Part shown: piece by piece, positions 1 through 26,479 of the stretch
Numbering within the stretch: the first letter of the stretch is position 1
Layout of the letters: each line of letters opens with the position of its first letter
Source: Oopsacas minuta
Taxonomy: Eukaryota > Animalia > Porifera
DNA: 64,000 nucleotides
Direction of reading: 5' to 3'
NCBI GenBank assembly: GCA_024704765.1
Contig: JAKMXF010000110.1
Span: forward strand, 434,001 to 498,000
Notes under the pieces: model-generated
Told to the model about the DNA's origin: nothing
Database searches by the model: none
The model's input: only the letters and a program-made list of their open reading frames with translations
Position numbers and translations under genes: made by a program

Positions 1-1970
1 TTAATATGTAAATTTGATAGCCGCTTAAACCAGTTTTACGAGTAACATAAAGCTAATTATATTAAATTTGAAATATTGAAACTTATCATCATGCGTATGC
101 AAATTGTGAATGTAAAATGAGACATGAAACATATACGGAACGCTGTATTATATGGAGTAGAACTGCGATAATAATTGTAAATTTGTGTGTCTTTGTATTT
201 GACATAAGTCAGTAATAATTTACCGAAATATCTAACCTAGCAACGAATTAGCCGTTAAAGAATTCTAGTTATCTTTGATTTACAAAAGGAAATAATTCCA
301 AATTTATTGGAGAAGTTACATTATAATATGTGTCTTATCTTTCTGCAGTTAGATGTTAACAAGCGGTAATTAGATTTGGGAATGTTGAAGAGATTTGATT
401 GTGGTATACAATACATTATCTACTGTTAGAACCTCAGAACACAAGTTAACGTAGGACCTCTATTTTAATTATTGGAGATAATATTGGGAGTAAAGTGCTT
501 TACTAACCGAACAATTCAGCTTTCGATTCTTTAGACATAATCATCCCAAAACAACAAATTTGGAAGCTAATTACATATATAACTTCTAGACATTGCATTA
601 GTGCACCTGTATTAATTGATTGAATAGTGAATTCTTTATCCACCGAAATGCATTACTATGTTTCCCACACAAATTTCCACAAAACTCTTCAAACTTTCCT
701 TTAAATGAGTCCTATCACCAATACTTGATTTTCGAACGACTAATTTAATTGTGGCTTATATGAATGTTTGTGGAGAGCCATATGGGGCAATGCTTTGATT
801 TCTGGCAATTCCTTAATACCCAACAAATTTTGCTCAAATGCAGTCTATCGGAAAGATCAAAGGAATTGTATTGTTCAATAAATTTATAGTTCTCAACAGG
901 TGGTTTGTTAAATCAAAAATCCTTTCGATATGGATATACACTCATTGCAAAGTTTTAAGTATTTTGCAATTATAGATGAGAGAGTAAATGTTAATTCGAA
1001 AATAATACTCAATATATTTTGTAATAATACATGACGTAGGATTCCTTAGGAATATTCTTGGAAATACTGCAGAAACGAACAAGAGGAATAATAGAGAAAT
1101 AATTCTATAGAATTCACCACCGTATACGTATTGCTCCTCTTTCTATAAAGTATAAACCAATACCTTAATTAGAAGAGAATTTTCTTGAAATGTTTCATTA
1201 ATTTTACTATTACAGCATAATGATTCTGAGATCAAATTTTTAAAGGAATCAGGTTTCAATGGCAATTACTTAAATAATAATATTTTACAAGAATTCACGT
1301 CTATACTTAAATATATATATGATTTAATAAATAATTAATTTCTGTCATATTTAATTTTGATTTCAATTTGTTGTGATTCTTACAAACAATCGACTTATGC
1401 AATCACAATTACACAAAATTAAATGCTACGAAATTCACTTTTAAATACAAATAACCAAATTTTTCACTTATCCTGCTTCTATCGTTAGTAAAGTTTCTAA
1501 TCAATAGAACTAAATAATTCCTGTTAAATTTGGTTAATAAAGCTTGTTTGCTGCAATTAGTGGTGAGTAAGTCTAATTAATTTGGTGCTGAAATATGTTC
1601 ATTTTACGTAGTTAACTGAAGTACAAAGTTCTTGAAGCTGACAAAGTTCTTATTCAAAGACTTATGTCTATTTATCACTAATTTATTCAATAGTTTGTAG
1701 TTGGACAAATATCTGCTATTTAAGAAATATCCTTCTAATCAAGGTACAATGCCAGATTCATTGTTTATAGAAGGGGCTATTAAGTATGTAATAAGTATAT
1801 CACCATTATTTAATTTCAGTTTTCAGACACAAGCTGAATTGAGGTAGTTACGCATAACACAATAGCTGAACTAACACTGAAAACAGGTGATACCATGTAC
1901 ATTATGTTTAATTATAGAGACTGAAATCAATATAGCATAGCTTAGTTGTAGATTAGGAATATAATAATAA

Positions 1971-2050
1971 TACAGTAAACCTCCACAAACGGGGAAACGA
2001 GGTAGCAATATTCGGCATCCCTGACACCCTGTTGTGTAGTTTACACTGTA
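1971..2050. mobile_element. Short MITE, family B (TA-flanked, TIR TACAGT(GT)AACCTCCACAAAC-like)
   Basis: Left end tacagtaaacctccacaaac is an imperfect inverted repeat of right end gttgtgtagtttacactgta. Related termini occur at about 20797, 23590 and 35791-35871. Confidence 0.55.
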
Positions 2051-2454
2051 ATAGTGTATTGTACTTACCGTATAGTTTGTGCTTGCTGCATAAGTAGCAT
2101 ACGTGAATCCATTGGGACACTATTAATAAAGATATTTATTAGTTAATAATAATAAACTCATGTCTAACCAATAAACTTAATAGACTTGATTTGCTACAAA
2201 TACGTATCAGCCATATTACTGTTTAAGTTTGAAAGTTGTCTGTGGTTGTATTCATCAATAAAATATCAAACAAGTTAATAACCACGCTAACAAGTTCAAT
2301 ATATACTAACGCCATATGGTGTAGTTCATTTTAATTATTTCTATTCAAAGGAATAGGAGGAGCGATTCTTCCTGCTAACCGACAGTAATTAACCAGGGCA
2401 GTAAACTAATATTTTATTTAATGCTTCTACGAGTTTAAATGACGAAATATTAAA

Positions 2455-2578
2455 TTAGCGGTTCCTACCAGTGACCCATGGACACTTTGGTGATCCACGG
2501 AGGTCAACAGGGAGTTCCACACGATCTCAATATTCGTATTGTAGCCTATGGGGGGTCCACGAGTTAGGGACCGATGAA
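2455..2578. mobile_element. hAT-like MITE remnant (family D)
   Basis: Shares the agcggttcc..., ccatggac/tccacgga and ggggtccacg...ggacc motifs with copies at 45080 and 57460. Confidence 0.4.
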
Positions 2579-2735
2579 TTAAAATGCTTATATTTCAGAT
2601 GTCATTTTGGGAAACGTATCCCAACATTCGAAGATTAATTGAAATATTAGCAAATTGATGTTCATTAATTAATTAAGCCCCATTATACGCATTAGTAATG
2701 ATATATAATAAAATACTTCCGCCTCGTTACAATAA

Positions 2736-5113
2736 CTAATTGATTGTAGAATAATTTTCCCAATCACCATTTGACCAATACACTAGGTAAGTCCCACCTT
2801 GGAACAAGCAGCAATTCAATACATAATTGTCCCCATGTGATGTAGATAGCACAATGATGTCAAATGTATTCAGGAGGCTTAAGAAATTTGATAGTGCATA
2901 GATTACATCAATAATACATCTACTCAACATGGATAATTGCATGTAATATGTTGTAAATGTTCTGTTATAATGTCCAGTAACATTAGAGAATATCGTTATA
3001 TAGTTGTTTCATGTTTTGGGCATTTCTAATAATCAGGTCTTATATTTCTCAGTAACTATCTAATTGATAGATATTGTATATTTGAAAAATAGATTTGAAA
3101 TAAATAAGACAGATCTTTCGAGAAATGAGTAAGGAAATAACAGAAAATGTATAGTAACAAGATTATGGTAATTAATCATATATACCTAGATTTTGCTATG
3201 TTCCAAAAGAAAACTTCGTGACCTGCAGTAGCCGCGACTAAGTTATGCTCACTGGGTGCCCAGTGCGCACTTCCCAAGGGCCCAGGTACTTCTAGAGAAG
3301 TTACAGCTGTGTGAGAACGGATGTCGTAGAATCCAATTTTCCCGTGTTCTTCTGCTACCATTAACTAGAGGAATGTCCGATAATACCTAATATGTATAGT
3401 ATACTGGTGTTTGCTAATTAGCAAGTGATAATTTGCACATTTGCACAGATTTCCCTGCTAATGCTCGTACTTATTCAGTTCTTAGAGGAAATAGTCCCTG
3501 AAAAACTTGCTATCAGGCAAATAAGTATTGTTCAAATGCATTAATAAAGCTTGAAAATGTCAAATATTACAAAATTCTATTTCAGTAGTCCATCTACATA
3601 TATAACCATGGATAATCAATAAGGATAGTAATTGGTACCTGTGTGGGAGAGTCTGAATGGAAATTCACAGATATTCCAGGAGATCTGAGCTGAATCTGGG
3701 ATATTTCTTGTGCCTTGCTTACATCCCATATCTTACAGGTATAATCATCTAAATTAGATAATATTTTGTAATTCTGAATTACACAATTCAGTATTTTACA
3801 ACACAAAAGAAATATTAATTCGTGTCTAATAGAGAGAGAAATTTGTTTTAATTATTTACTTTGTAGCCGTCAGATAAATTTTATGAAATAATTAATCAAT
3901 AAACACTGATAATTTGAATGAGATGGTTGTATCGGTATGATACCGAGCTTATAAACAGCTGATTATCGCCGTACTTGAATAATACATCATTTTATCCATA
4001 AATAATCTTTTTGCATAGATCTACGAGGGTGATAATTTGCTGCACATATGTTGTACATAGCACGAACTGAATCAAACCGTTGTATAGTAGTAATTGTAGA
4101 TTTGATGTGTTGAGCACAGATTTAATATTGGATAATGGTATATAACCATAACATAGTGCATGTATATTTAACAAATTGCTTAGATCTCATCCCAAATTTG
4201 AACTACAAGTATTAAAACGGCATAATATCACTACTAATTGTATTAACCTTATTTCAATATACGTAAATGAATTCTATGATTTTTATTCTATACTTACCGC
4301 TAACACTAGCCATAAGGCATGCATCGCTTGGAGAAAATGCAGTTTCATTAATCATCCCTGTATGATGACCAATTTCCTAAATTGTAATCAACTCTAACGT
4401 ACAATAGGTAATCAAATGGATCAATAATATGAAATGAAATGTTATGTACATATACGTAAACTAAGGATATGTTAAAACTCCTCAAAGAAATTAGAGTCAA
4501 ATAAATAAATATTTATATTCAATGCGATTTGTTCTGCTTAATCCATGGTATATATCAAACTAAGTTTCAACCTTGGATAACATAATAACATAATTACAGA
4601 CTGAAATTGCAAGAAATTTACAATTCATTACTTACAGTGAACTTGGGATTATCTGCCATATCAATTTGATAAAGAATTACTTTGTAATCTCCAGTAGCTA
4701 TCGCAAACCTAATTATAGATATGAGGTATTGACCATGTAACATTATAAAGCATTATTACAATCTATTGAATTTTCCACCATGGCTTACAACCTATTATCC
4801 TTTAAAATTACTTCAAAATTATTGCAAACATTATTATTTCTTTGTTTCCATAATTAACACTTTGGAATTAATTGTAAAACTACAAACTTGGTACTCCTAA
4901 ACAGTATATCATTCAAATTAATTGCTAAAGAATAACTGGCCTGTTGCTACAATATAAATTATCAAACAAATCTTACTCAATACATCTTGGTGTATGTGAA
5001 ATATTCGTGTTAGGACTCCATGTCAAGTGACTCACATCTCTTCCATGAAATACAACCATCAAATCTTTAACCTGCAATACATCTTTCAGGTCTCCTTGAC
5101 CTAATGTCTTTTC
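2736..5113 (-). CDS. NUP37: Nucleoporin NUP37 (WD40 repeat), multi-exon; first and last exons not resolved
   Basis: Spliced minus-strand exons give peptides matching NUP37 in order: VFHGRDVSHLTWSPNT (~5113-4975), FAIATGDYKVILY (~4727-4657), GHHTGMINETAFSPSDACLMASVS (~4379-4296), DDYTCKIWD..SPGISVNFHSDSP (from 3748), MVAEEHGKIGFYDIR..GSAHWAP..AATAGHEVFFWNI (~3361-3186). GGTYLVYWS near 2800 may be the C-terminus. Confidence 0.8.
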
Positions 5114-5363
5114 CTGAAAAGAAATATATGCGAAATAACAGCTGCTATTCTATCAACATCATACTTCACTGGAATTTGTATGATTCGTACCAAAATCTTA
5201 TGAGTTGAACTTGATCGTATCGTATCGTTGTATAAATACAAGTTTTTCCCGAAGCTTCAGCTGTTCAAACCTATTTTTTTAGATTCTTTATTCATGTGTA
5301 ATTGTATTGGGAATTTCATCACCAAGCATTTAGATGTTATTAACAGGTATGTGATTGTTAGAA

Positions 5364-5528
5364 TACTGTAGAACTCGGATAAGACGTATTCTAGGTTAAT
5401 ACATGCTAGTTCTTTCAAACAAAAATAGTCCCCATTCATTTTAATCCCTATTCCGATTAGAAGTACTCTCGGATAGTACGTACTAATTATTGTCCGCCAG
5501 TGGTAAGTCTTATCCGAGTTCCACTGTA
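5364..5528. mobile_element. Tc1/mariner-pogo-type MITE, family C (TIR TACAGTGGAACTCGGATAAGAC)
   Basis: tactgtagaactcggataagac at the left end and gtcttatccgagttccactgta at the right end are inverted repeats with TA ends. Confidence 0.65.
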
Positions 5529-5869
5529 GTTAAGCTCGTTATCCATAATGGTTACAGATCCAAATATTGTTTTTAAGATGGAGACTAAATTCACATGAAT
5601 TTTCTGAAGTAACTATTTTATGTTCATATATGAACCATAAGCGACGATAAGATTCTGGAACTTTCACACTATTTGCTAGCATCGTTAACCATCAATTAAC
5701 ATTCATATTGAAGGTATATACGCCTACAATTCATGTGATTTATGGTTTAAAATATACAATTCCTGAATCCAAATAAACCTGTAACATACTACATAGTTCT
5801 CCGGCTAGCTTTGCATACAATATTTGGCTATACATCTGCATGGGTGTAATATTTGATTAATTATTTACC

Positions 5870-6500
5870 TTTGAGAATTTAAGTTGCTGGAGGTAAAACT
5901 TTTTTTGACCACAAACGTTTAGAATATCTTTTCCCTGAACGAAAGGACAAAATTCTAAAGCTTGTATCTCTTCTGGAAACTCTAGTTCGAGCTTATTACT
6001 TGAAACAGACATCTAATCTAGTTAGATAAATGTAAATTGAATTCCACTTTAATTGTGTGATAGAGAATTGTAGCCAGTGTGACTGGTGAATTATTGATGG
6101 ACTTGATAAAATAATGAACTAAGATAAAGCTGATAATGACACGATATGTTGGTTATAATATGCAAACGAATCTTTATAATTACGAGTAGGATGCTAATTT
6201 GGTTCCTAGAGAGATTAATCATTGAGATTAATTCGTTATGGAATTTTAATTATATGGTCAACACAAGTAGCATATTTTAATAATACAAATTTTCGCATTT
6301 GTTGGTCATTGCAGATGGAATGTAATCATGATTGCTGATGGTCATAAATTACAAAATTAATGGCATGGATATAATTTCCGCCTGTTGTTATTGCGAAGCG
6401 GAGAAATCATTAGAAATGCCAATTTACAATAAGTTAACCAACAACAGCCCCGAGTTAAATTATACATTTTAATTTATCCACTTTACACATTGATAGTATG
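5870..6500 (+). pseudogene. Possible highly decayed hAT-like transposase remnant
   Basis: Broken frames give EYLFPERKDKILKLVSL, KLIMTRYV, IADG and QPRVKLYI in the order expected for hAT transposase motifs. There are many stops and frameshifts, so support is weak. Confidence 0.25.
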
Positions 6501-7362
6501 TTATCACAAATAGTAATTATAATTCGTTTTCGGAATATTTAGTAGCTCAAATTTGCTGATAAAATTGCATTGAAAAACAAATGTATATGGCATTTGAATT
6601 TTTATTCTTAAGTTTCAAATTAAAATGTTTTCAGTTTCGAATAGGAAAGGAATACTTCTTTTTGAGAAATATCCACGTCTTATAATGGGGAAGAAATAAC
6701 TAAGAAATATGAAAAGATGTAGAATTCGGATAATACGTACACCCTAGGGAAAAGTATGCACTAATCGAGTCTACTGTAAAACCAAGATCTGCAAATAACC
6801 GAAAAATATTTCAATAAATACACAGAAAATAAGTTCACAATAAACCGGTATGATTTCACTGACAATAGCTGAGTAGATTAGTAAGCTGGTGGTTGATTAT
6901 AAATAAAAGTGGCAATGATGTGTTACTTCATCCAGCTCCATTTGTGTTTACAAGTAAACAACATTTGCCGAATACATTAAAGTTAAACTGATCGATGAAT
7001 CATTTCAATAACTTCTCTTATCCAAACGACTGCATCAAATATATTCAGTGAACTCTGCAGTTTTCTGCCATATTCAATTATAGACTCGATTTGTTCATTT
7101 TATGGTTAGGGACACTTTTCATAGACTTCTCAAACTCCCAGAATTAAATAATAGAAAAAAGATATTAGCTTTGATTCTTGGTAATTTTTCAGGGCATTTG
7201 ATATCTTGAAACATTCTTTCATAACCACCAAATTGTGTATGAGCTCTTTCTCGTATAAGTTCAATTTACAACTGTGTAGCTAATGAATAATTATCATCCT
7301 CAGTCAGTTTGTCTGTCTCGAATTCGCTGAGTTAATAGGTTTAGCGAGTGCTAGAATCAATT

Positions 7363-10300
7363 ATGATGGCTACAGTTAACTTCTTTAGCAAGAAATCATT
7401 GCCAATCTCGAGTGAAATCTCTCCTTTCTTTGACGACAGTTCACATGAGAATGGATTCATTAGTCCCCGTGATATCTTAGTGCCTGAAGATCAGTTCCTA
7501 GCTGAAGAGTATATAAGGCAAACGGTTCTACGACCAATACATAGTCATACACGATCACACTCAATTCACTTGCAATATTCTACACCCATTCTTGAAAGCG
7601 AAGAGGACATGGAAAGAATCAGGGATACAAAAACGAAGCTAGGGAGGGCACGGAAACTTTCTGGATCTTTTAATTTGTCACGATTGAGGATAGGTTCTGC
7701 TGGGAAAGTGGAAAACCAATCTCATACACTAACAGGAATACAGAATAGATCGCAGAGTTTTAGGGTAAACTCTGATTTAGATTCAAGTACAGTAGTTGCA
7801 AATGGAGGTAAATTGAAGAAGTGGAAGAGGAGATTATCTGGTTCTCTTCAGAAGCTTGCACGTACTCAAAGTCATTCTCCTTCTGAACTATTGGCACAGT
7901 CAAAGGACTCTCTATCATGTTCAAAAGGATTCCCTACTCTCAAGGAAGACTCAAGGGAGCCATTTGGTGATAGTACAGGTAAGTATAACATACAGTTAAC
8001 TCCCGTTATATCAAAGTCTGAAATTGTACAAATATGATCCCAATTGCCCAACCATCAAAGTAACATCGTACTCCGCTTATATCAAAGTAATTTGGGCTGT
8101 TTCGATTTAACGAAAGTTGACTGTAGTCACTGGTACTGACAAATAAATACGTACATTGCTTTATATATATTTACACAGAAATCACTTCAACTTTTAAATC
8201 TAAGAATTCAGAACCAGTTCCTTCTCCCAGTAGAACTAAATCAGTCCAACATCATATATCAAATACTCTACTAACAAAATCACATAGTGTAACAGGCTTA
8301 GAACATAATGGACGTGGCAATACATTACCTCGTAGCTATCAAAAACACGATCTTAACAAACACTTACTGGAAGGTACATCAGAGATGAGCGTGAGTGTCT
8401 CTACTATCCCCCAAGATCCAAATAATGAGATTTTTGTGGGACATAAAGTCAAATCTTCATCAGTTAGTCAGGTATGCACGATCTAAATTATTTGAATACT
8501 CCCATCTCATAACTATGAATAATTAATCTTACAGCAACGATCCTAATTATTTATTGGGGTGTGGCAAACTAAGTAGCGTTTGAAACATCTCTATGAGATT
8601 AAGATTTGCATAACATACCTCCAAACTGGTAGCTATATCTCTCATTATCTCACTTGTTTTCTATTACAATATTACATAATTGTAATTAAAGCTTATTCCA
8701 TTACTCATTTTGAGTATCGTGTAATTGTGAGATTATAATTTGTAAGTTTCTATGTTTGTAGAGGACAAAAGTTCAAATTTATAATTTCAATAAAATTGCC
8801 AATTAGAAAAGTTGTCGCATATTTATCTCCTACTTTGAAAATACTTCAAATTAATTCGGAAATAACTAGAAAGAATGCATTACCTTTTAATAATGCTGAT
8901 ATACTCAACAATAAATTTTTGCAAGCAGTTAAGGTGATCTAATACCTTGCGATTCTTAAACATGTTTTCCAGCTGTAATTTTCTTGATACCCGATATAAT
9001 AATTTTAACTACCATATCGAGACTCTACTGTTTATTATCTTATCAATGAAGATAGTGATAATACAGGGGATGAATGCGAAATTTTGAGAGTTTTTCAAAT
9101 TATGTGTTCCCCAAAGAAATTTAATAATTTCACGATTATCAGTGGCTACTAATGATGAAATTTAAAATCTAAGAACTTTGCTTAGAGCTCCAATTATTGC
9201 TGTGTAATTAATTTAATTCCTATTTTCAATTTATAGCCTGGAGTACCTATATCGTTTAATGGCAGTACTCCCCCATCAGCTGGCGAATTTTACCGCAGAA
9301 GAAGAAGACATTCCTGTGCAAGTCTATACTCTTCTGTCGAGAAGCTAGATGGATATAAAAAACTAGAGTTTCTAGGCCAGGGCTCGTATGCTACTGTCTA
9401 TAAAGGTGTTTGGGTTAGAACTGGTCAGAAGGTTGCACTCAAAGAAATCAAATTGAATCCAAATGAAGGAGCTCCATTCACCGCTATAAGGGAGGCGTCG
9501 CTTCTTAAAGGCCTCAGACACACTAACATCGTCACGTTGCATGACATTATACACGTGCCTAATAGACTATGTTTTGTGTTTGAATTTGTGGATACAGACC
9601 TTAGCAAGATTCTAGACACACAGGTTTGTTGTTAATTAACACCTCTAAACAATAATGGGTTCTTATACCCAACGTAAATAATTAAATTTACATTATAAGT
9701 AATTTAATGTTGAACTTTTCCACTTTTCTTTATGAATAGGGTTACTTTATGAAATTATCCTTTTATGGTTAGATAATCATATTAAGCTCAAAGTATACAA
9801 ACTAATACAAATTATATTTCTATAATAATTGTATTACTGTTATTGCATTATTTGATAATTTGTAATTTTTGGCTAAAGTCTAAAGTACTTTGGTAATACG
9901 TATCTCCTACTTTTCAAGTAAATACTTCCATTTTCTATTTTAAATGCAAAAATACCATCAGTAGACAATTGATTAGTTAATAATGATACGTTTTTATTTC
10001 GTTGGCTAGTTTATTCGCTATTAGGTGAGAATTAGAATATCGTTATGAGGTTAAGTCTCCGTTCGCAAACGTCTCTCTTCATTAGCACTAATATTATTAC
10101 TCGTAATTAGATGAATGTAGTTAGTGATAACCACATCTCATAGCACATCCTGTCGAAATATACCTGAACAACAATAACCTAATGAGTTAATTTGGATACA
10201 TATCTGTGGAGTAACGAACTTAAGTTATTTGACAACTCGTCTCGAGCTTTTGTCAGCTAGATAACATACCGCAGGTAATTGGCTTTAGAGTTTACAGTCA

Positions 10301-12883
10301 TTGAAAACACAGATAAATATCTGAAAATATTTCAATATTTCCCCAATTTATGGCAAAATTGCAATCACCAATTTTTGAAAAATTCTGATGTATCTTATCT
10401 ACAAATTCGTATACTACTGTAATTGCAACTTTGCCCTTAACTATAACTAGCAAGCAATGATATTATTTACTAAATCACTAATTAGGATTGTGTATCTTCC
10501 AATTAACCCCCTCCCTGATTATTGTCATACTCGCAAAACAACACTCCTAACACACACACGCAATAGACAGTAAACTCTTGCTCAATACATTACGTATATT
10601 TATGTAGAACAACCTTGCAAGATAACATTGTCTGAACTTTAGACCACAAATGTGACAGCTATACGTAGCTGAACCTCAAGCCACCATACGTTGTTATGAA
10701 CAGAGGGGAATATGAATATTTAATTGAAGATTACTCACCAAAATACTCAGTTATTCATAGAACACGCAATCTTATTATTTAGAGTATGTCAATGGTTGTT
10801 CTTTGTGGAATTGTCAATGCTTACAATCTTTGAATTTTACTTTTTCGCAGATAAGTAAATCGTTATAAGTGCGATTGAATTCAAATTAACGAATATTAAG
10901 TTGAAATAGTACAGTAATTGTACTTAAGAATATCCAGACATCAAGTAGCCATTAGTCCCTTAACTATAGAATACCCTAAATAGCATTGATATAAGTTTGA
11001 ACTTTGTTTTATTTGATATCTTTGTGTCTGAATTCATGGCGTCACATAAATTAGAGTAGTTCACTCAATCTGAGACAAGTGGGAATCTTGTTTTATCAAT
11101 ATATTATAAGGCTTATGTCCGTGTATATAAGGTTATAATAGATAACATGATATCTGGATAATAACATGCTTCAATTTATCATCAAGGAAGTCTGAAATAA
11201 TTCTATCATGTAACTCAAATATTAATTGTTTCAATATATTTATTTGGAATTGAACTGAATAAAGCCTCATTTGATGTTCTAATTATGCAGAATTTCGCAA
11301 TGTTTGATTTATTTGATTCTAATTCGAAAAGTTCACTCATTTACAACCAAATATTAGTCATTGGACGAATTATAACGATTATCAAAACAAGGAAAAATTG
11401 TAAATTTCCTCATCGTGATGATACCAAATAATTCAATATAACCGGAATATTATTTGATAGGATCATGGACTTTCTCAAAAACATACACAACTATTCACAT
11501 TTCAGCTGTTACGAGGGCTCGATTACTGTCATGTTCAAAAGATATTACACAGAGACATTAAACCACAGAATCTACTCGTCAGTAAAGGTGGAGAACTCAA
11601 GCTAGCTGATTTCGGACTAGCTCGAGCTAAGTCTGTGCCAAGCAACACTTATTCAAATGAGGTATGTGGTGGTATAATTAAATAAATCTAATTTTTACTA
11701 TGGCTGAAAACTTAAACTATTGAAAATCATTGCAGATATTGAACATCGATAAAAGGAATATTCCCATAAAGTCAATGATTTAACACACATTATTATTTAG
11801 GTGGTAACATTATGGTACAGACCCCCAGATGTCCTCCTGGGTAACAAGAAGTACTCTACATCTCTTGACATGTGGGGAGTTGGTTGTATATTTGTGGAAA
11901 TGTTAACTGGACAACCTCTTTTCCCTGGTCAGAAAAACCCAGAAAATCAGTTATGTAAGATATTTCAAGTGATGGGAACACCATTAGAATCTGAATGGTC
12001 TCAATTAGAAAATTCTGAGATATGGAATATGTTCAGGTATATTAAACCAGCAATACTAGTATATTATTAGTGGATGCATGTGTTCTAAGTTCACTAGTAA
12101 ATTTGTATAATATTTTCCGGGTCAAGATAGTACTTCCTTTTTTTACCAGTTAGTGTTATCTAATCACTATAATTATGTAAATGTTGTATGATTTGATCCT
12201 ATCTCCTCATGCCTGCTACATTTACAATGATGTTAACAGTACTTATACCACAGCCTTATGGTATGAACTGGCGAAAATTCCATTCATCTGAAATAATGAT
12301 TTGCCTGTTTATTAGTACAGCAATAAGAAATTTCCATAAATTATCACTACCGACTTTATGAAATTGTGCATTTACTTGTTCACCTGTTGCAATTAATTAA
12401 CCTTGTTTTACATAACAGTCAATTTTTATGCAAATTCCTCTGATATGCTATCACACTATTAAATCATAATTGTCCGTGTGTGGGTTGTTAAATGGTAGTT
12501 AACCCTTCACGTGGCGACCAAATAAATTGATTTCATATGATATAAAATATGGGAACTTTACACACAAACCATTGCCTACTTGTAGGCGGATACAACATTT
12601 TATTAACCAAATAGAAAAATAAATAATGTAATTATTATTTAAATTTCTTAGATTTCCACAATATCCTGTTCTAAGATTGGGATTGTCTGCTCCACAGCTT
12701 TGGCGTATGGATCACGCAGAAGATTTCGCACATAAACTCCTTCAATACCAACCGGAAAAACGTCTAAGTGCAAGCGAGGCTCTTAGACACCCTTACTTCT
12801 CCAATCTACCCTCCCAATTAAATCTTCTCCCACCTGAAGTTTCTATTTTTAGCACAGGGCTTGTAAAATACCTCTCAAAGTAG
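7363..12883 (+). CDS. CDK14: PFTAIRE-type cyclin-dependent kinase (CDK14/15 family), about 6 coding exons
   Basis: [37 protein letters not shown] (9453-9624), [10 protein letters not shown] and [20 protein letters not shown] (~11460-11661), [14 protein letters not shown] and DMWGVGCIF (11801+), [18 protein letters not shown] (to 12883). Long Ser-rich N-terminal exon 7363-7978. Confidence 0.92.
7991..8125. mobile_element. MITE family A (TIR TACAGTCAACTCCCGTTATATCGAA) in CDK14 intron 1
   Basis: tacagttaactcccgttatatcaaa ... ttcgatttaacgaaagttgactgta, with the shared internal gtctgaaattgtacaaatatg motif. Confidence 0.75.
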
Positions 12884-14625
12884 CGAAATTTAACAATTTT
12901 AACACGCACTTTGTATTGATGTACTTTACACATGCATTTGTAAGCTATTTCTCCTGCATGGATATATTGTACCTTGTTTTATTATTGATTGTATATTGTG
13001 TTATATTTACGTATATTAAATTCAATTATTTTAAACCCCAGGATAATACAGGGTTTCAGATAAACAGTATTCATATATTTTAGTTGAAAACAGTACTTGT
13101 TAAAATGTATTATAGTAAAGGAAATCAAATGAAGACCAATTGTATGGGCGTAGAAGAAGGTCAGATTAGTCAGATTTCAACTGGGCCAACATTTAGATTA
13201 CTAATAGAAACAGACGTGTCCCATATAAATTGTTTATTTCGACCTGACCATTAGTTGAAATCTGCTTACTATTGAGAGAAGCGCAAATGATCAAATTGTA
13301 ATTCCTAAATATATTGGAAATATTGAATTGTTTTCACCATTCATAATTCTATCCAAAATTCAAGTATTGAGCCCTAGTTATTATGCGGGAAATATTTCTG
13401 TTTTCTGTAGCCACATAATTGTGTAGGCTAAATGTTACAGATGTACTTATCAGTTTGTCTGTATGTTGTGTATATTAATTCTAGAGCCCTGATAAGTATA
13501 TAGATGCGAATAATGTATCTAATATTAATTAAATATCTGTCTCACCCCAACCCAGACTTAACAGAAACAGAATATACGTGAATACATTATCTATATTATC
13601 TCATTAGCTTGTAGCTACAGTAATAATATCTTTATTTGCATTGTCATGCATTATATATGACCGGTTTTCAAATCATTAATTCAGCTATTAGCAAGCCGTA
13701 TTTTACACGAATTTCCCTTGCTAATAAGCGAATAACTTCAATTAAGATCATAAAATCCCTAACACTGACATAATTTACAAGAATATTTCAAATTTTGAAA
13801 TACGAATTATAATTATAATACAAGTTGTGAGAATGGACAGATGGATAATATCTGGAAATATGACTAGTTAGTGATTACAATATATTATAGCATTAGTTAT
13901 TTCTAAAATAGATTGTTTTCAAACAGAATATTCGTATTTACGCGGGCCTGCGAATTTGCCCGCATTGCATTACCAATTTTTATAACTTTGACAATGGACA
14001 TAGTAAATCCAATCCAATAAGGTTAGATTGTAACTTCCCTAACTATTAGTTATTTCATATTGAGTCCATTTAGCTATGGTCCAGACCGATGGAGAACATT
14101 TGAAGGTGTAAGCAACAGTCCCACTTATACAGCTGATTAATTGAGTTTATTAAATTAGAATTAAGTAAATCAGATCCATCAATATCCTAAATATTCTACT
14201 GGATAATATGACTAATGTCTTTAGCAGTTATCTCGTATTACAACTCTAATAATTGATGATCGTATGACTCCCTCAATCCACAGATTATATTTCTAACAGT
14301 AATTCTTCGTTCAAATAGTTACTAAGCTATTATTTACGAGTTCAAAAGGTAGTATATAATTCCTATTTCATATTTCTATTCAAGAGTGTTTATACTCTTG
14401 ACTTTAGTTCTAAACAGGAAGCTTACATACTGTCGTAGTTGGATAGTCTCTATAATTATTTGCTTTGTATGTGTTCTATTTTATTATCTTCAATGATTAC
14501 TCTTAACTATGATTATGTATTACTATGTACTTTGGGACAGCTATAGAGGAACTTCTGAGTATTTAGAGCCATCGACCAGCTTTAGAATTGATTCATGAAT
14601 TTTTAGGTATCTGACACTATAATAC

Positions 14626-26479
<11,854 letters not shown>

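Noticed and set aside
1-1950. Possible coding remnants at the window start
   Set aside because: No ORF of 60 aa or more and no peptide I could recognise in any frame I read.
13935-13965. GC-rich hairpin gcgggc...gcccgc upstream of ACC
   Set aside because: Short, single copy, with no CTRR terminus or U-tract. Nothing supports a function.
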